A DNA stretch of 64,000 nucleotides from Oikopleura dioica. Its lineage: Eukaryota > Animalia > Chordata. The position numbers were made by a program, and so were the translations under genes. The stretch lies in assembly GCA_907165135.1 (NCBI GenBank), contig OU015568.1:4650001-4714000 (forward strand), in the 5' to 3' direction. The notes beneath the pieces are model-generated. The model made no database searches. It was not told the origin of the DNA and was given only the letters and a program-made list of their open reading frames with translations. Of the stretch, positions 1 to 11,449 are shown piece by piece (position 1 is the first letter of the stretch; the number at the start of each line of letters is the position of its first letter).

Positions 1-189
1 CAAGAAGCCGTTATGATCTGATAAGGATCGAGGCGCCGCCGCTGTTTTGCACTGCACTCAGTTCTATCTAACTCAACTTGAAATACACACCTATTTCCAG
101 TTATACTCGAAGATTATTCTAGAGAGCCGCAGGATCTATTAGAGAAGCAACGATACTTAGTGTAGTGGGAATCAGGAGTTATTCCTGAC

Positions 190-320
190 CTATCAGCTCA
201 GTTTTTGACAAAAGTGGGAGAATTAGTGCTTGCTCTTAAAACTGTGAGCTCAGCTAAATTCAAAATGGTCAGCTCAGCTCAACTCAATGACCTCTGAAGG
301 AGACCCACTCAGCTTAGCTT
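190..320. repeat. Degenerate (AGCTC)n pentamer cluster
   Basis: Repeated cagctcag/agctcagctc motifs separated by short spacers; same motif family as 47455-47690. Confidence 0.55.
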
Positions 321-343
321 CATTCAGCAAATCTTTACAAAGG

Positions 344-659
344 TCAGAAAACTTGCAACTCTGCTTCAGTCTCGTGGCATTGCTTCATCAAATGGCCGCA
401 GTAATCCATCGTCGCTATTTGAACGCATTGTTTGTAGTTTCGGTGACAGGTGGATGTCAGAAAAGTCGGTTCTCCTCGGAATCTTTGAAGAGAGTACCAG
501 TTTGCTGAAATGTTTGAATAAATGAGTGACAACCGACAAAACTTACTGATGAGGATGATGGTCATCCAGAAGATCGAACCATTCCCAAGATAGAACATTT
601 GCTGAGAAGGCGTTGAGAAACCATGTTCTGCCGGGTTCAATTTCTTTAATATTTTCCAT
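344..659 (-). CDS. Small uncharacterised two-exon protein (frame ambiguous)
   Basis: 42-nt GTAAG..TTTCAG intron near 500-545; two different reading frames stay open across the junction. Confidence 0.35.
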
Positions 660-739
660 GTTGGTGGTTTCTAACAAGGGGTCATCTGTTTTCTATATCA
701 TATAGAAATAAATATGTTTATAAGTCATTTTATCCGTCA

Positions 740-1000
740 GACAACCGATCCTTCAAGTCTCGTTTTCGCGTGCGTATGCTTCTTGTGGTTAAAACACTTT
801 CTGGGACCAAGTAGACATTGTCACCTACAAGCTTTAGAACGCCAATGCAGTGGCAGTCCAGGCACTTTAAAAACTAGTTATTTACTGTTGCTTTTTGTCT
901 TTTTCACCTGAATCTTAGGCTGCTTTATCTGACTCGCCCGGGCTTCTACCGGTATTTCTTCTTCAATAACCATACTGACTTCTCTCTAAAAGAGAAAAAG
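740..1000 (-). CDS. Possible small uncharacterised gene fragment
   Basis: Spliceable exons REVSMVIEEEIPVEARASQIKQPKIQ / CLDCHCIGVLKLVGDNVYLVPESV...SDG* with GT/AG borders; start not found. Confidence 0.3.
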
Positions 1001-1391
1001 GCAAGTTTGAAGATGTGAGTTCTGGAAAAAGAGTGCTTATTTATGAGAATCGTCGTCACGACTGCTTGTCTGACACTTCAGCAGGTTGTCTCCGTTTGAA
1101 TATGTCAGCTCTTCTGCTTCACCTTTCCCACCGCCGATTTTTACTAAAAATACTTGTTGTACTCATCGCCTCGGCACGATGAAGGGCAAGCAGGCGCCCC
1201 ATTCGACAATCTGAGTCAGTGTTCTAAAAGAGTTCAATGAAACGCCGCTCTTCAGAACACTGACTAAGGTTTTCTTTGCATGCTACCGAACCCTGGTTAG
1301 GGTGGCTTTTTAAAGAGCTTTTTTGTCCGAAAATTTATCTTTATTGTTTTCAATTTTCTCAGATTGACTCAATTTGGACAGGAAAAATAGT

Positions 1392-2877
1392 TCACCACCA
1401 TCGGTTAGTATTCTGGAGAGCGAATTAGGTCATGTCCCACTTGGAGAAGGAGTACATGTTGTTGTTGAAGAATCGGCTCATCTGGGCGAATCGGAAGGAA
1501 GATGGGTAGAAGAAGTTCATGTAGTATTGGAAGTCGTGCATCTCGTAGGCATCGATCATGTCTGGACGGAAGATTAAGAGGAAAGAGGATTAATTGTGGT
1601 TTACCGTTGTGGTCTCGGTCGAACATATCAACGATGGTGGAACCGACAGTGGAGTAGAATCCAGCCCAGGCGCGTCGGAACTCTTCTGGGTTGAGTCGGC
1701 CGTCTCTGTTCATGTCGAAGTATTGGAAGTGCATGCTGATGTATCGAGGAGCAAAGTGGGAGACTAAAAATACCGTGAAACTTTGATAAATGGAAAAGGA
1801 GACTTACAAAAGTCCATGTTCATGTCGGAGTCTGAAGTCCAGTGGCAATGAGTCATCATTTGGTAGTCGACGAACTGTCCGCTTCCGCACATTTCGAAGG
1901 ACCGGTACATTGACTGGTCCCATTTTCCTTGCCACTAGGGAAAAATAATCTTGTGAAGTTGAAAAGGATTTCTTACCGATCGAAGAACTCGGTCGGCATT
2001 GTCGCTGTTCCACTCAGAATTTCGCCAGAAGAACTGCTCAGCCATCTGGAAGAAGGACTCCTGTCCGTAGAAGCTGTTTCCGAAGCTCATCCAGTTGTTG
2101 TTGTAGAAGTTGTTGAAATGTCGGTTGTTATTTCCGTAGAACTGTCGGTTCATCCAGTAGTTGTTGTTGCCATAGAAGCTTCGGGAGTACTGGTTGTCGT
2201 AGAATCGATCGCTTCCGTAAAATGAGCGGCCCATCCAGTTGTTGCCGTAGAAGTTGTAGGCTGGGCTCATGCCGTATCGGTAGTTGTTCATCCAGTTTCC
2301 TTGGTAGTTGTATTGATCTATCCATTGGTTGTTGTTGTTCATCCAGTAGTGATAGTGGCCGTAGGAGTGTCGGGAGAACTGGTTGTCGTAGAATCGATCG
2401 TTTCCGTAGAAAGATCGTCCCATCCAGTTGTTGCCATAGTGATTATAAGCAGGGCTCATGTTCCATTGGTAGTCTCCGCGGAACCAGTTTTGTGGCCACC
2501 ACTGGTTGAAAGAGTGCCGCTGGTTGTAGTGGCGCATTTTATCGCGGCCGCCCCACTAAAGTTTTTTTTAATTTAAGGTTCTTGGCTAACCCTAATCCCA
2601 CCGAAAGGGTATTCCTTTTGATGAGAAATTGACTTACGTATCCATTGTAGTAATCCATGAAGCGATCATTTCCGAAGAATCGGCCCATGTTATTGTAGTT
2701 GTTTCCCTGGTAGAAGTCGAAATGATTGTTCATCGGGAAAAATCCATTTCCGCGCCACTTAATGGAAAATAGACGAAAGAAATCAAGATTTTGACTTACC
2801 ATGAATTGACCTCCATCGCCCCAAAAGTTCCCGTAAGCAGCGGAAGCTGAGATTAAAGTTGCGATTTCAAGCTTCAT
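1392..2877 (-). CDS. Secreted N/Y/F/W/G-rich low-complexity protein with C-terminal EF-hands (paralog A)
   Basis: Signal peptide MKLEIATLISASAAYG; short GT-AG introns; EF loops DMNRDGRLNPEE and DRDHNDMIDAYE; aligns with the gene at 3581-4764. In-frame TAA at 1425-1427 precedes a conserved tail ending at TGA 1392-1394. Confidence 0.85.
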
Positions 2878-3519
2878 TTTTCTGAGTTGCTTGATTTTTT
2901 TATGAAAAACTATTCGATTAAATAGGCCCAGGAGTTTGCTTACTCAACCAGGTCAACGACGAGTTCAGTAGAGATATCGATTACGGGTGGTTAAACATTC
3001 TTTCTTGAGTTCAAATTCAAGAGTTCAGAAACTCACTCTTCTTTCGGGTTCATTTACGAAAAGAACTCAATCGTTCGATCTGAAATTGACGATTTTGAGT
3101 TGGCGAAGGAAATTTCTTTTGATATTTTTCGTAAAGCTTCAAAATTGCGGCTTTTATAATTCAAAAAAATTGCAAAATTGCCATTTTTGAACGATATCTT
3201 AATTTTATTTCATAATTCATTTTTTATTTTCTATAAATATAAATTATATTATATAATCGATGCATTTTTGGTTAATTATTTTTCCATTCACTAAATGAAG
3301 ATTCGAATTATTTCTGTTTCATGCTGGGGAAGAAATTTTAACGGAAAGTCACCGAAAATGAGCGCAAAAATAAAGGTCGTTTTGAGTTCAAACTGCTCAA
3401 GTTCACTCAAAAACAATGTTTGCCATCTTCCACCCCGCGTTGAGTTCACAATCGCAGCTTGAATTTTCGGTACTCTGGTTGTTTGTTCTTTTTGACCTTG
3501 CGACAAGTTCAGTACTCTT

Positions 3520-3532
3520 CCCTATATAAACT
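3520..3532 (+). promoter_or_regulatory. Candidate TATA box of EF-hand paralog B
   Basis: CCCTATATAAAC about 55 nt upstream of ATG 3581. Confidence 0.45.
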
Positions 3533-3580
3533 CGCGGTACTTTTCTGATTTTCCCATTTTCAAAAACGGGTCCACCTAAA

Positions 3581-4764
3581 ATGTTGCTTTTAGCGGCAGG
3601 GTTAATCCTCGTCGCTGAGGGCTATAATGATTTCCATAGACGATTCGACCAACGACAGCCAAACCACAACGACTTCGAGCGACAGGTAAAACTTTCAGCA
3701 ACCAAATAAACATTTTCTAGTGGAGCCAAAATGGCCGGCAGGGCAGTGCACCGATGAACAAGAACTTCTACCCGAATAAAAACGCCAACAACGACCGTCC
3801 TTTCCACCCAAACCCTCACCATGGGCGAGCTGCTGATCACTACCACGATCGTCAACCATTCCATTCGAATCAGTTTCGACCAAACGATTTCGACTTTTTC
3901 GACCAGGCGCTTTTTGAAAATTGGAGACTCTTTCAAGTCGCAGAGAGCAATTTTTGGATGAACAGTGGACGAAATAACAACACTGATGATCTCCTCGCTA
4001 CGGTGTGTTTCTGAGTTCGGAGACCTGTGGAAAAAGCCTGAGTCAGGATATGTAAGATCTTCAATAAAAGCCGCGTAGCGGCTTTTGTAGAAATAAAGCC
4101 GTGAGCGGCTTTGCAAAAAAAATCAATTGTTATGAAAATTTTCGAAGCCGCGGCGGTTTCATTTAGGATTTTCAAACCCTGACTCAGGTTTTCAAAGATT
4201 GCCGACTCAGATCTTTTATCGTTTTTTAGTGGAATGGAAAGTGGGACAAGCAAATCAACAAAGATTTCCAAAAATGCGCTGATGGAAAAACAATTGATCA
4301 AGACACGATTGCCTCTTGCGAATGGAAAGACACAAACTTTTGTAAGTTTCAACAGCAAAAATAGAGCAGAACTCACTCTTCAGTTTCTCAATTCGCTGCG
4401 CGATTCATCACCAAAAATTTCGAAAAATTCGATGTCAACGGCGACAAGGCTCTTGTAAAAAGCGAGTTCAAAAAAGCCTTTGCTGGCTTCTACGCAAACG
4501 TCGGTGCAACTCTCGTCGACATCTTTGATTTTGACCACAACGGTGAAAACAATCGCAAATTTAAATTATGACTCACTATTTCTAGACGTCCTGGAGTATT
4601 CTGAGATCTTCGAAATGTACCACAACATGCGTTTTCTATTCAAAGTCGACAAGAACAGCTTCTACGAGATCAGCTCTCACGCCAACTATGACAACAACAA
4701 GAACAGCTTTTCGAAGGCTGAAATGAGCGAGTTTGCAATTATGCTGGCCAACCGGTTTTTCTGA
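3581..4764 (+). CDS. Secreted N/H/F/R-rich low-complexity protein with C-terminal EF-hands (paralog B)
   Basis: Signal peptide MLLLAAGLILVAEG; WNGKWD..C..G..C.W block and EF loops DVNGDKALVKSE / DFDHNDVLEYSE align with paralog A; shared intron positions. Confidence 0.85.
4010..4210. mobile_element. Hairpin MITE, CCTGAGTCAGG family (copy 1), in intron 4003-4229
   Basis: Inverted arms with CCTGAGTCAGG/CCTGACTCAGG and internal AAGCCGC..GCGGCTT hairpins. Confidence 0.8.
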
Positions 4765-5538
4765 TTTTCCTGACCGAACTCAGCGGAGTCCAAATTTCTG
4801 AGAAAGAGAGAAAAAATAATAAAAAAAATGAATTGAAAACCTAAGTCAGTGTTCTGTAAGAAGATTTATAAAATAAATTAAGGGTGTCACTCCATTATCA
4901 AAAAACCGGCTTGAACTAGATCGAAGCCTTCAAACTTCTCCCTTGACCAGCAGTTTACTTAAATGGCTGAGCGTAACCACAAGTCAATTACTCACAACAT
5001 TACCTGGGGCCGCCTTACCTTCTCGGTGATTTTACTTGAAATGACAGCAAAATGTCATCCTCAAGACTTAATGCCTATCACTAGCCTTTTCGCCCGACTT
5101 TCTTCTCTCATCCCACGCTAGAAAATAAACTCAAACGTAAATAACGCTTGATTAGAGAAAACTAAGAGCAGTTATTATTTTCTTGGCCGTAAATTCGAGC
5201 TCTTGACGATTGGCGGGGATCATAAACGATGGCCTTTATAAGAGTATGATTCAAGTGATAGAGTTTAAAAAAAATGAAGAACTTTGCAATCAAACAAATT
5301 TCGTTAAACAAATTTTATCATCTGCGAGGCAAGACGTCTTTAAATTTTTTTCGCCAGAAAAATTGATTTATCAAATTATTATTTTAATTACTTAATTATT
5401 TTTAATTTGATGATTGTCTTGGTGAAAATTCATTATTTTATTTGTTAAAATTCAAAATTTTTTTCAACAAAAAATTTTTTCCATGATAAAAAATTAAAAA
5501 AAAAGCTTTTTGAAAAATTATTATATAAATTATAAATT

Positions 5539-7667
5539 ATGCTCCTTAGCAATTTTAAAACTCTTATTAGTAAGCAAATATCTAACAGGACTTTCTTGGG
5601 TTGGCTTCGTCTTTTTTGCTGTCTTTCAATACGCTGGTCTTATAAGCGAACATCGACTGGATTCCTTGCTCTCGAGAAAACCGTATTCTCAAGAAAATGG
5701 AAGCGAAAAGAGCTCAAAATGGGGCGAACCGAGAGGATGTTACAAGTCTAAAACTAGAGAAGGGCTGGAAGAAAGAAAATTTGAGACGACTTTTAGGACT
5801 TGGTTTTTAATAGTTTTATTTCAAGGGTTGGGGTTACTCGGATGCTGATTGGCCGGTTGGCAGAATCCAGGCTTCCGATTGGTTAAAAAATTCTAGGCAA
5901 TTTTTTGAGAACCAAATAAAAGTCAGTGCTTATTTGATTGTGCTGCAAAAGGTCATTTTCTCGCCGCTCTAGAATGGAAATCCTGCTTTTGCTTCTCAGA
6001 CGAAATTCCTAAATCTCAATTCGACCCTGTCGACCCTGGCGAGTGCTTTTTCCCATGCTTGGATGACCCGACAGAAGAAAGATGCGGCGGAGACGATCGG
6101 ATTTCTGTCTACAGAACGACACTAGAAGACACAAGATGCACGAATGTAACGCTTGGGCAAGAAGGACAGTTTAGCAAGATTATGCTTTCGTCTTTGCCTG
6201 GATCAGGAAAGAGGTTGAATTTATTCATTCTTACGGGTCGGCATGATGCCCTTGGCCGTTTCGATGCCGAATGTACTGTTTTTGAAGGGTGATTATTTCT
6301 GATGCAAGTTCGTTGACGAGATTTCCTCGCTTATAAATTGATCGGTACATCATCTCTCCATCCACTCGCCAACTCTGCGTTCGAGCAAAATCCTAATTGC
6401 AATTAAAAAATCATCAGAATTTGTTTTCTTACCTGATAGGGCTTTCCGCGATAAAATCTCGTTTCTGGTCCTAGATAAGATTGAGAAAAAGGCACAAAAA
6501 AGATGCTTATTTTCATCTTTCAGAAATTAAAAAGAATTATTTCAGCTAAGTGTATATTCCTTTCTTTTTATGGTCCAGTGAAGAGAATTCTAAAGAAAGC
6601 GGTGAAGTCTTACGGAATTTTATATAAGAAGATTTGACAATAACTTTATTGGATTCGAAGCTTCCCGGGTTGTTATTCGTTTAATCTCCTGTTGTCTTAC
6701 GAAAGTGAGAGTAACCTTCTTAAAGGAAACACATGGACTAGGTATCTTATTGAGCGTGCTACTGGCTTTTATACAGGTAAATACTTTCACTTACTAAAGT
6801 CGAAAGTTTAAACTCTTTCAGGAGCCGTGGCAAATGATGCATCATTGTACCGCGGTGGCTTTTGGGCGAATACGAGTCGCCAAATGCTGGAAACACCATC
6901 GTTGTAAAAATCCATCGTCCGCAGAAAAACTCGGCAGGGCATATTTTACTGATACGGAATCCGTTCGATGCAATCATCTCCGAATTCAATCGAAAAAACG
7001 GGCGAGGGCATACAGGACATGCGCCAATAGAGAAATTTTCAGTAAGTATATTTTTGATAAATTTAGGTACTAGATCGAATTGGATGGCATTTTTTCAGCA
7101 TTTGAAAATTTTATCGATATCATCTAAAAAATAGAAAGGACTCTAAAAGCTGATGATGACGTACTGATAATTTTCATACTACTAAATATTATCAATAAAA
7201 AAAAGAATTATTAAATATCTAAGCTATAATTGGCCTTTTAGAGCCTTCTTTGGGAAAGCCATGTGAAGACGATGGCAAATCGCTGGCTCAAAATGTATTC
7301 TGAAGCAATTGGATATGGAAATGCGCATATTCTATACTTTGAAAGTCTAAAAGAGAATCTTACGGACAATTTGACAGAAGTAGTAAATTTTTTGAAGAAG
7401 AATAATGCCGATCTAGATATAAGGTAACCTCTTTGAAGCGACCGTTTACCAACTCGTTACAGTACTGCTTCCGAGCGAATACAGTGTATTGTCCACGACT
7501 CCACCGGCAATTTCAAACGAGCCAAGACGAAAACCGACTTTTTCAACCCCTACTCCGCCGAGCAGAAACAATATATCGTCGAAAAAATAAAATTGCTTCA
7601 ACAAGTTCTTTTGCAAAACTCGCTGCCTGTGCTACCTCTCAGTTATCTTCAAAATGAATATTTATGA
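5539..7667 (+). CDS. WSCD: WSC-domain sulfotransferase (WSCD1/2-like); 5' end uncertain
   Basis: TM segment, WSC motifs (GCYK..C..C..CFC..C..C..CGG.DRISVY), PAPS loop [54 protein letters not shown]. One-base frameshift in a T-run near 6860. Confidence 0.9.
6231..6516 (-). CDS. Nested antisense 81-aa peptide gene within WSCD intron 6207-6725
   Basis: ATG 6516, 40-nt GTAAG..ATTAG intron (6393-6432), in-frame exon 2 to TAA 6231; MKISIFFVPFSQSYLG..IYKRGNLV..HHADP. Confidence 0.6.
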
Positions 7668-7866
7668 AATTTTCATTTGTCATTGTTCTTCGTATCTATT
7701 TAATATTTATTAAATAATAATTCAGTTTTATCATAATATCTAAAAAAATAATTTTTGCATGCAGTAAAGTGACAGATAAGTGAACTTTAGAGAAATTTGA
7801 CAAAATAAGGAAGAAATTAAAAAAAAAACTAAGGAAAGCATCCGAAAGAAGATGATTTCAGTGTTG

Positions 7867-8781
7867 TTAGTTGTCGAAGAATTCTTGCTCAGTTTTGACG
7901 ATTAACTCAGATTCTTGCTTCACTGACGAAATTGGCACTTTTTGGTCGGGTATTGGCTTATCATGATCATCATCATCATCGATTTTTTCTTTCTTTACGA
8001 TCATCGGTTCGACGGCATGATTCGCAACTTGCACTAGAATTCATTTTGAAAATGATGATCATGCATTTTTTTCTTTTACTTTGTAAGAGTTGAGCTTGTT
8101 GTTCGTCAGTAAACTTGACGAGTGTGATTGTCGAAGTTTGGATGAGCGACGTCACTGGTTTTGGCTTCGTTTCTTTTGGATTCGGATTATTGTTGACTTT
8201 GAGAGTCTTTTTGATGATTTCTTGAGCCCAAGATTGGCGAATAAATGTGGCCACGATTTGATCTCGCTGCTTGATCAACGATTCAATATCTAGCTCCTTG
8301 GGAAAGGATTTACATTTTCCATGTATTTCTATTTGAAACTGCTTTATTTTTAGGAGGAACAATGGCGAAAAATGAATGTTAATCCTCGTAACAAGTTAGC
8401 ATTTTCAATTTCTAGCTCCTCAACTTGCTTTCTAAGCTTCTCTGTTGTCTCACTAAACTGTTTTCGCCTAAGTTGTTGACCTTTCTTGTTTCGTTCTCGT
8501 CGACGATTTCGTATTTCCAGCTCATGAGCGGACTTTCAGGGTTCAAAAATATAACCCTAGGATTCGTACTACCCTTGGTCTAGGCTTAGGGTTAGGGGCT
8601 GCCCGATTAATAAGCCCTTACTACCCTTATCAGACTAAATTTTGAACCCGTGTATCAATTCTTCATCAGCTCTTGCTGGCTTCTTCCCAGGTCTTGTCCT
8701 CCCTTCAGATTGGGGAGCATCGGTTGCCTTCAATTTCTTGATATATTCTGGATCATCAAGTCCGTAAGTAAAAGCCGACAT
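7867..8781 (-). CDS. Divergent bZIP transcription factor (Fos/ATF3-like); may have further 5' exons
   Basis: RNRRRERNKKGQQLRRKQFSETTEKLRKQVEELEIENANLLR..IHGKC: basic region, heptad leucines and Fos-type H-x-x-C; acidic tail with VKKE/VKQE/VKTE. Confidence 0.7.
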
Positions 8782-9135
8782 TTTCAGCTCAGTTTCTTAG
8801 ATAAAAAGCAGAAAGCTCGGAACCAAGGAAGAAGGGGTATTCTATAGTCGTCTTCTTTGATTTCAAATCATCTCTGGGCAGTTTATTTTTCGAAAAAAGG
8901 GATCCGCAGGGGAATTCTGAAGGGATGAGTGTCGGGGTGAGTGGAGACCATGCAGAGCGGGATGATGCTCGCTTATTTGCGGGACAACATTGCCGGAGGC
9001 GCGGAAAAGACCTCGAATGATCAACCAAACCATGGTTTAAAACCACAAATTGTATACCGTGTCTATTAGGCCACGATGTATTTCTACCTAGATGTATTTC
9101 TTTCTAGATGCTCGTAGATGTCTAGAACGCTGAGG

Positions 9136-10490
9136 ATGGTCGATGCTCAGTCATTTCAAATCCTGCTATGCGAGTGCGGTAATCGAGCCAGCCATGCCGC
9201 GCTGGGTTAATATTTTTCCCTTCAACAGTTACTGTAATTACAGAGCCCCCTGTCCGGATAATGCTCAATGCTTAATTTTATCGATTTTATTTTCCCCTTT
9301 TTTGGAAGGTCGAAAACAAGGAAATGTCAGGAATAAGCATCCAATTCTTGTTTTCAAAGGGTGAATAGGTCACTTGAATTTGGGTGCGCCGATCCAAGAA
9401 AAGAAAATTTTAGATCGATCTCTCTTTCCATATTTTCCAGCTGTTCGAAGAATCAATAATTGAAAAACCGAAAAATCAGCACGGAAATATTTTCTAATTC
9501 AAATGAATCTTCCTTGATTTCATTTCAACAATAAATTTAGAGAAATCTTTCAATAGATAAGTAGGTTACAAATTCAAAAAATAGCAATGTTGATGCATAT
9601 CTGATTATTCCCAAAGCCCTTCCCACCATAAAACTGTCCCTTTCATCCCTTTTTATGCGGCCACAGCGGGAGGCAGCCCACACTAAGTCCGTAAACAATA
9701 TCGATTTTCGAAACTCGAACCGATCCACTTTAGAAATCGCGTAAATATTTGCCAATTGACGTTTTTTTTTAAATTAAAGAATTTGCTCAACCCTATTTTC
9801 CGCCCTCGAGCGCCCTTTACCCTTCCCCATAAAACCTGGTTCGACGAAAATCGAAGAAAAAAAAGCAGCGATCCGGAAAATTTAACGTTTTTTTTTCAAG
9901 GCGCAACAGACCGAAACGAACCTGGACTTGAACAGTTTGAAAACTTGGAAAAAAGAAGCTTGTGCGATCGAGCAGAAAATAATTAAAGAGAGAAAGAGAG
10001 ATGGCGGTGATGTACAGATATACAGTCACGGTTACGGAGACGGTCAATCCGTATGCAATGATGCTCAAGTCCATTTTGATCGTCGTAACAGTAAGTTACA
10101 GAGTGAGCTTTGTCAAATTATTATTAATAATACTATTTTTAATACAAGTTTAAAACTAAACTTGATTTGTTCTGAATTTCGCTCATTATGAATAATCTTT
10201 CAAAGACCATAATATTGATTAAAATTTACGAATAAGTGAAATAAGTTTTCCCGTAATTTGAAGAATAAACAAAAGCTATTAGACCACTTACATGGTTACG
10301 GGGAGTCTCTGGTGCAGAGATCTAGTTTTCATCATTTATCACTCAAAATTTAGGCATTCATGGCGATGGAACTGATCATGAACATTATCGACTCTCTGAT
10401 GGAGGACAAGAAGGAAAAAAGAAAAGGAGAAGAGAATGAAAAATGCGAGAAAAATTACAAATGCTGAACTAGTCTTGATTGGATCTGGAA
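9136..10490 (+). CDS. Possible uncharacterised multi-exon gene
   Basis: Coding-like segments (LLCECGNRASH; NLDLNSLKTWKKEACAIEQ..HGYGDGQSVC; MELIMNIIDSLMEDKK..KC*) with some GT/AG borders; model not resolved. Confidence 0.3.
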
Positions 10491-11449
10491 AACCTTGAAT
10501 ACCAGCCTGTTGTATCTGAATTTTGAAAATCCTACTTCTGTAAAATGAATCAGTCAGCCTTTTATTTAGGTCTTCATCACCATCGCGAAATATGAAATAA
10601 AATATGAATAAAAAAAGAACCATCTTCGATCATTTTATTTTTTTGTTAAAACAAGGCTTCGATTATTTTCTGAAGGGGAAACAAGAAACAAAAGCTATTG
10701 AATAATTCCAGTCCAATGCTATGAGAGGGAGCCTTTGTCTTTCTCTTCGAATCTTTTTCCTTCCCGCTCTTCCTCATCACACAGATTTTATTCTCTTCAT
10801 TGAATAATTATTGTAGTCTTTTTTATCGAGGAAAAAAATGTTGAGTTGAGGTGGCCCGGGGCGCAGAGCTTCTCAAAATATCCAATTAGCTACGTGAACC
10901 CTCTTCTGAAGTTCTGAGTGAAGTTCTACGCTGAGAGTAATACTTGAGAAAATACTGTGGCAGAGAGAAAATCGGAAGAATTGGACAGAAAGAAGAGGCC
11001 AGAGAAGAAAATGTCGACCGCCGATGGAGGGAATTTTACGGATAGTTCTGCGACTGTTGAGCATCAGGTTATTTTTGGACAAGAATAGAGGCTCTCAGTT
11101 TTAATTTGAGAATTCCCGAGTTGAACGGACTAAGGAGGGTCCTTATTTTAAGGAGTTTTTGATGAAAAAATTCGTAAAAATGAAGTCCCTCTTGAGAAAA
11201 TAACATGATGAGTCCCTTGTTTTATAAAACAAGAGAAAAACTCTTAGAAAAATAAGGGTATCAAAATGTTAAACAATGAAGTAATTGAGAAGTTTTACAT
11301 TGTGATACCCTTAGTTTCTAAGATTATCTCTTGTTTGATTAAATAAGGGTCTCATAATCTTAATTTCTGGAGGAATATCTATTTGGAAATTGCCTAAAAG
11401 CCCATTCTACCCCCTTTAATTTCCATTTTAGGCGCAGTTTTCGAGCGTC

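Noticed and set aside
1929-2576. Plus-strand Val/Ser/Cys-rich ORFs
   Set aside because: Antisense shadows of the Asn/Tyr-rich exon of EF-hand paralog A.
8575-8600. Telomeric TTAGGG repeats (also ~46640, ~58320, ~58425)
   Set aside because: Only 1-2 imperfect units each; too short to call interstitial telomeric arrays.
7867-8781. Functional link between the bZIP gene and the TGAGTCA-bearing MITEs
   Set aside because: Co-occurrence in one window is not evidence, and this bZIP's basic region is too divergent to assume AP-1 site binding.
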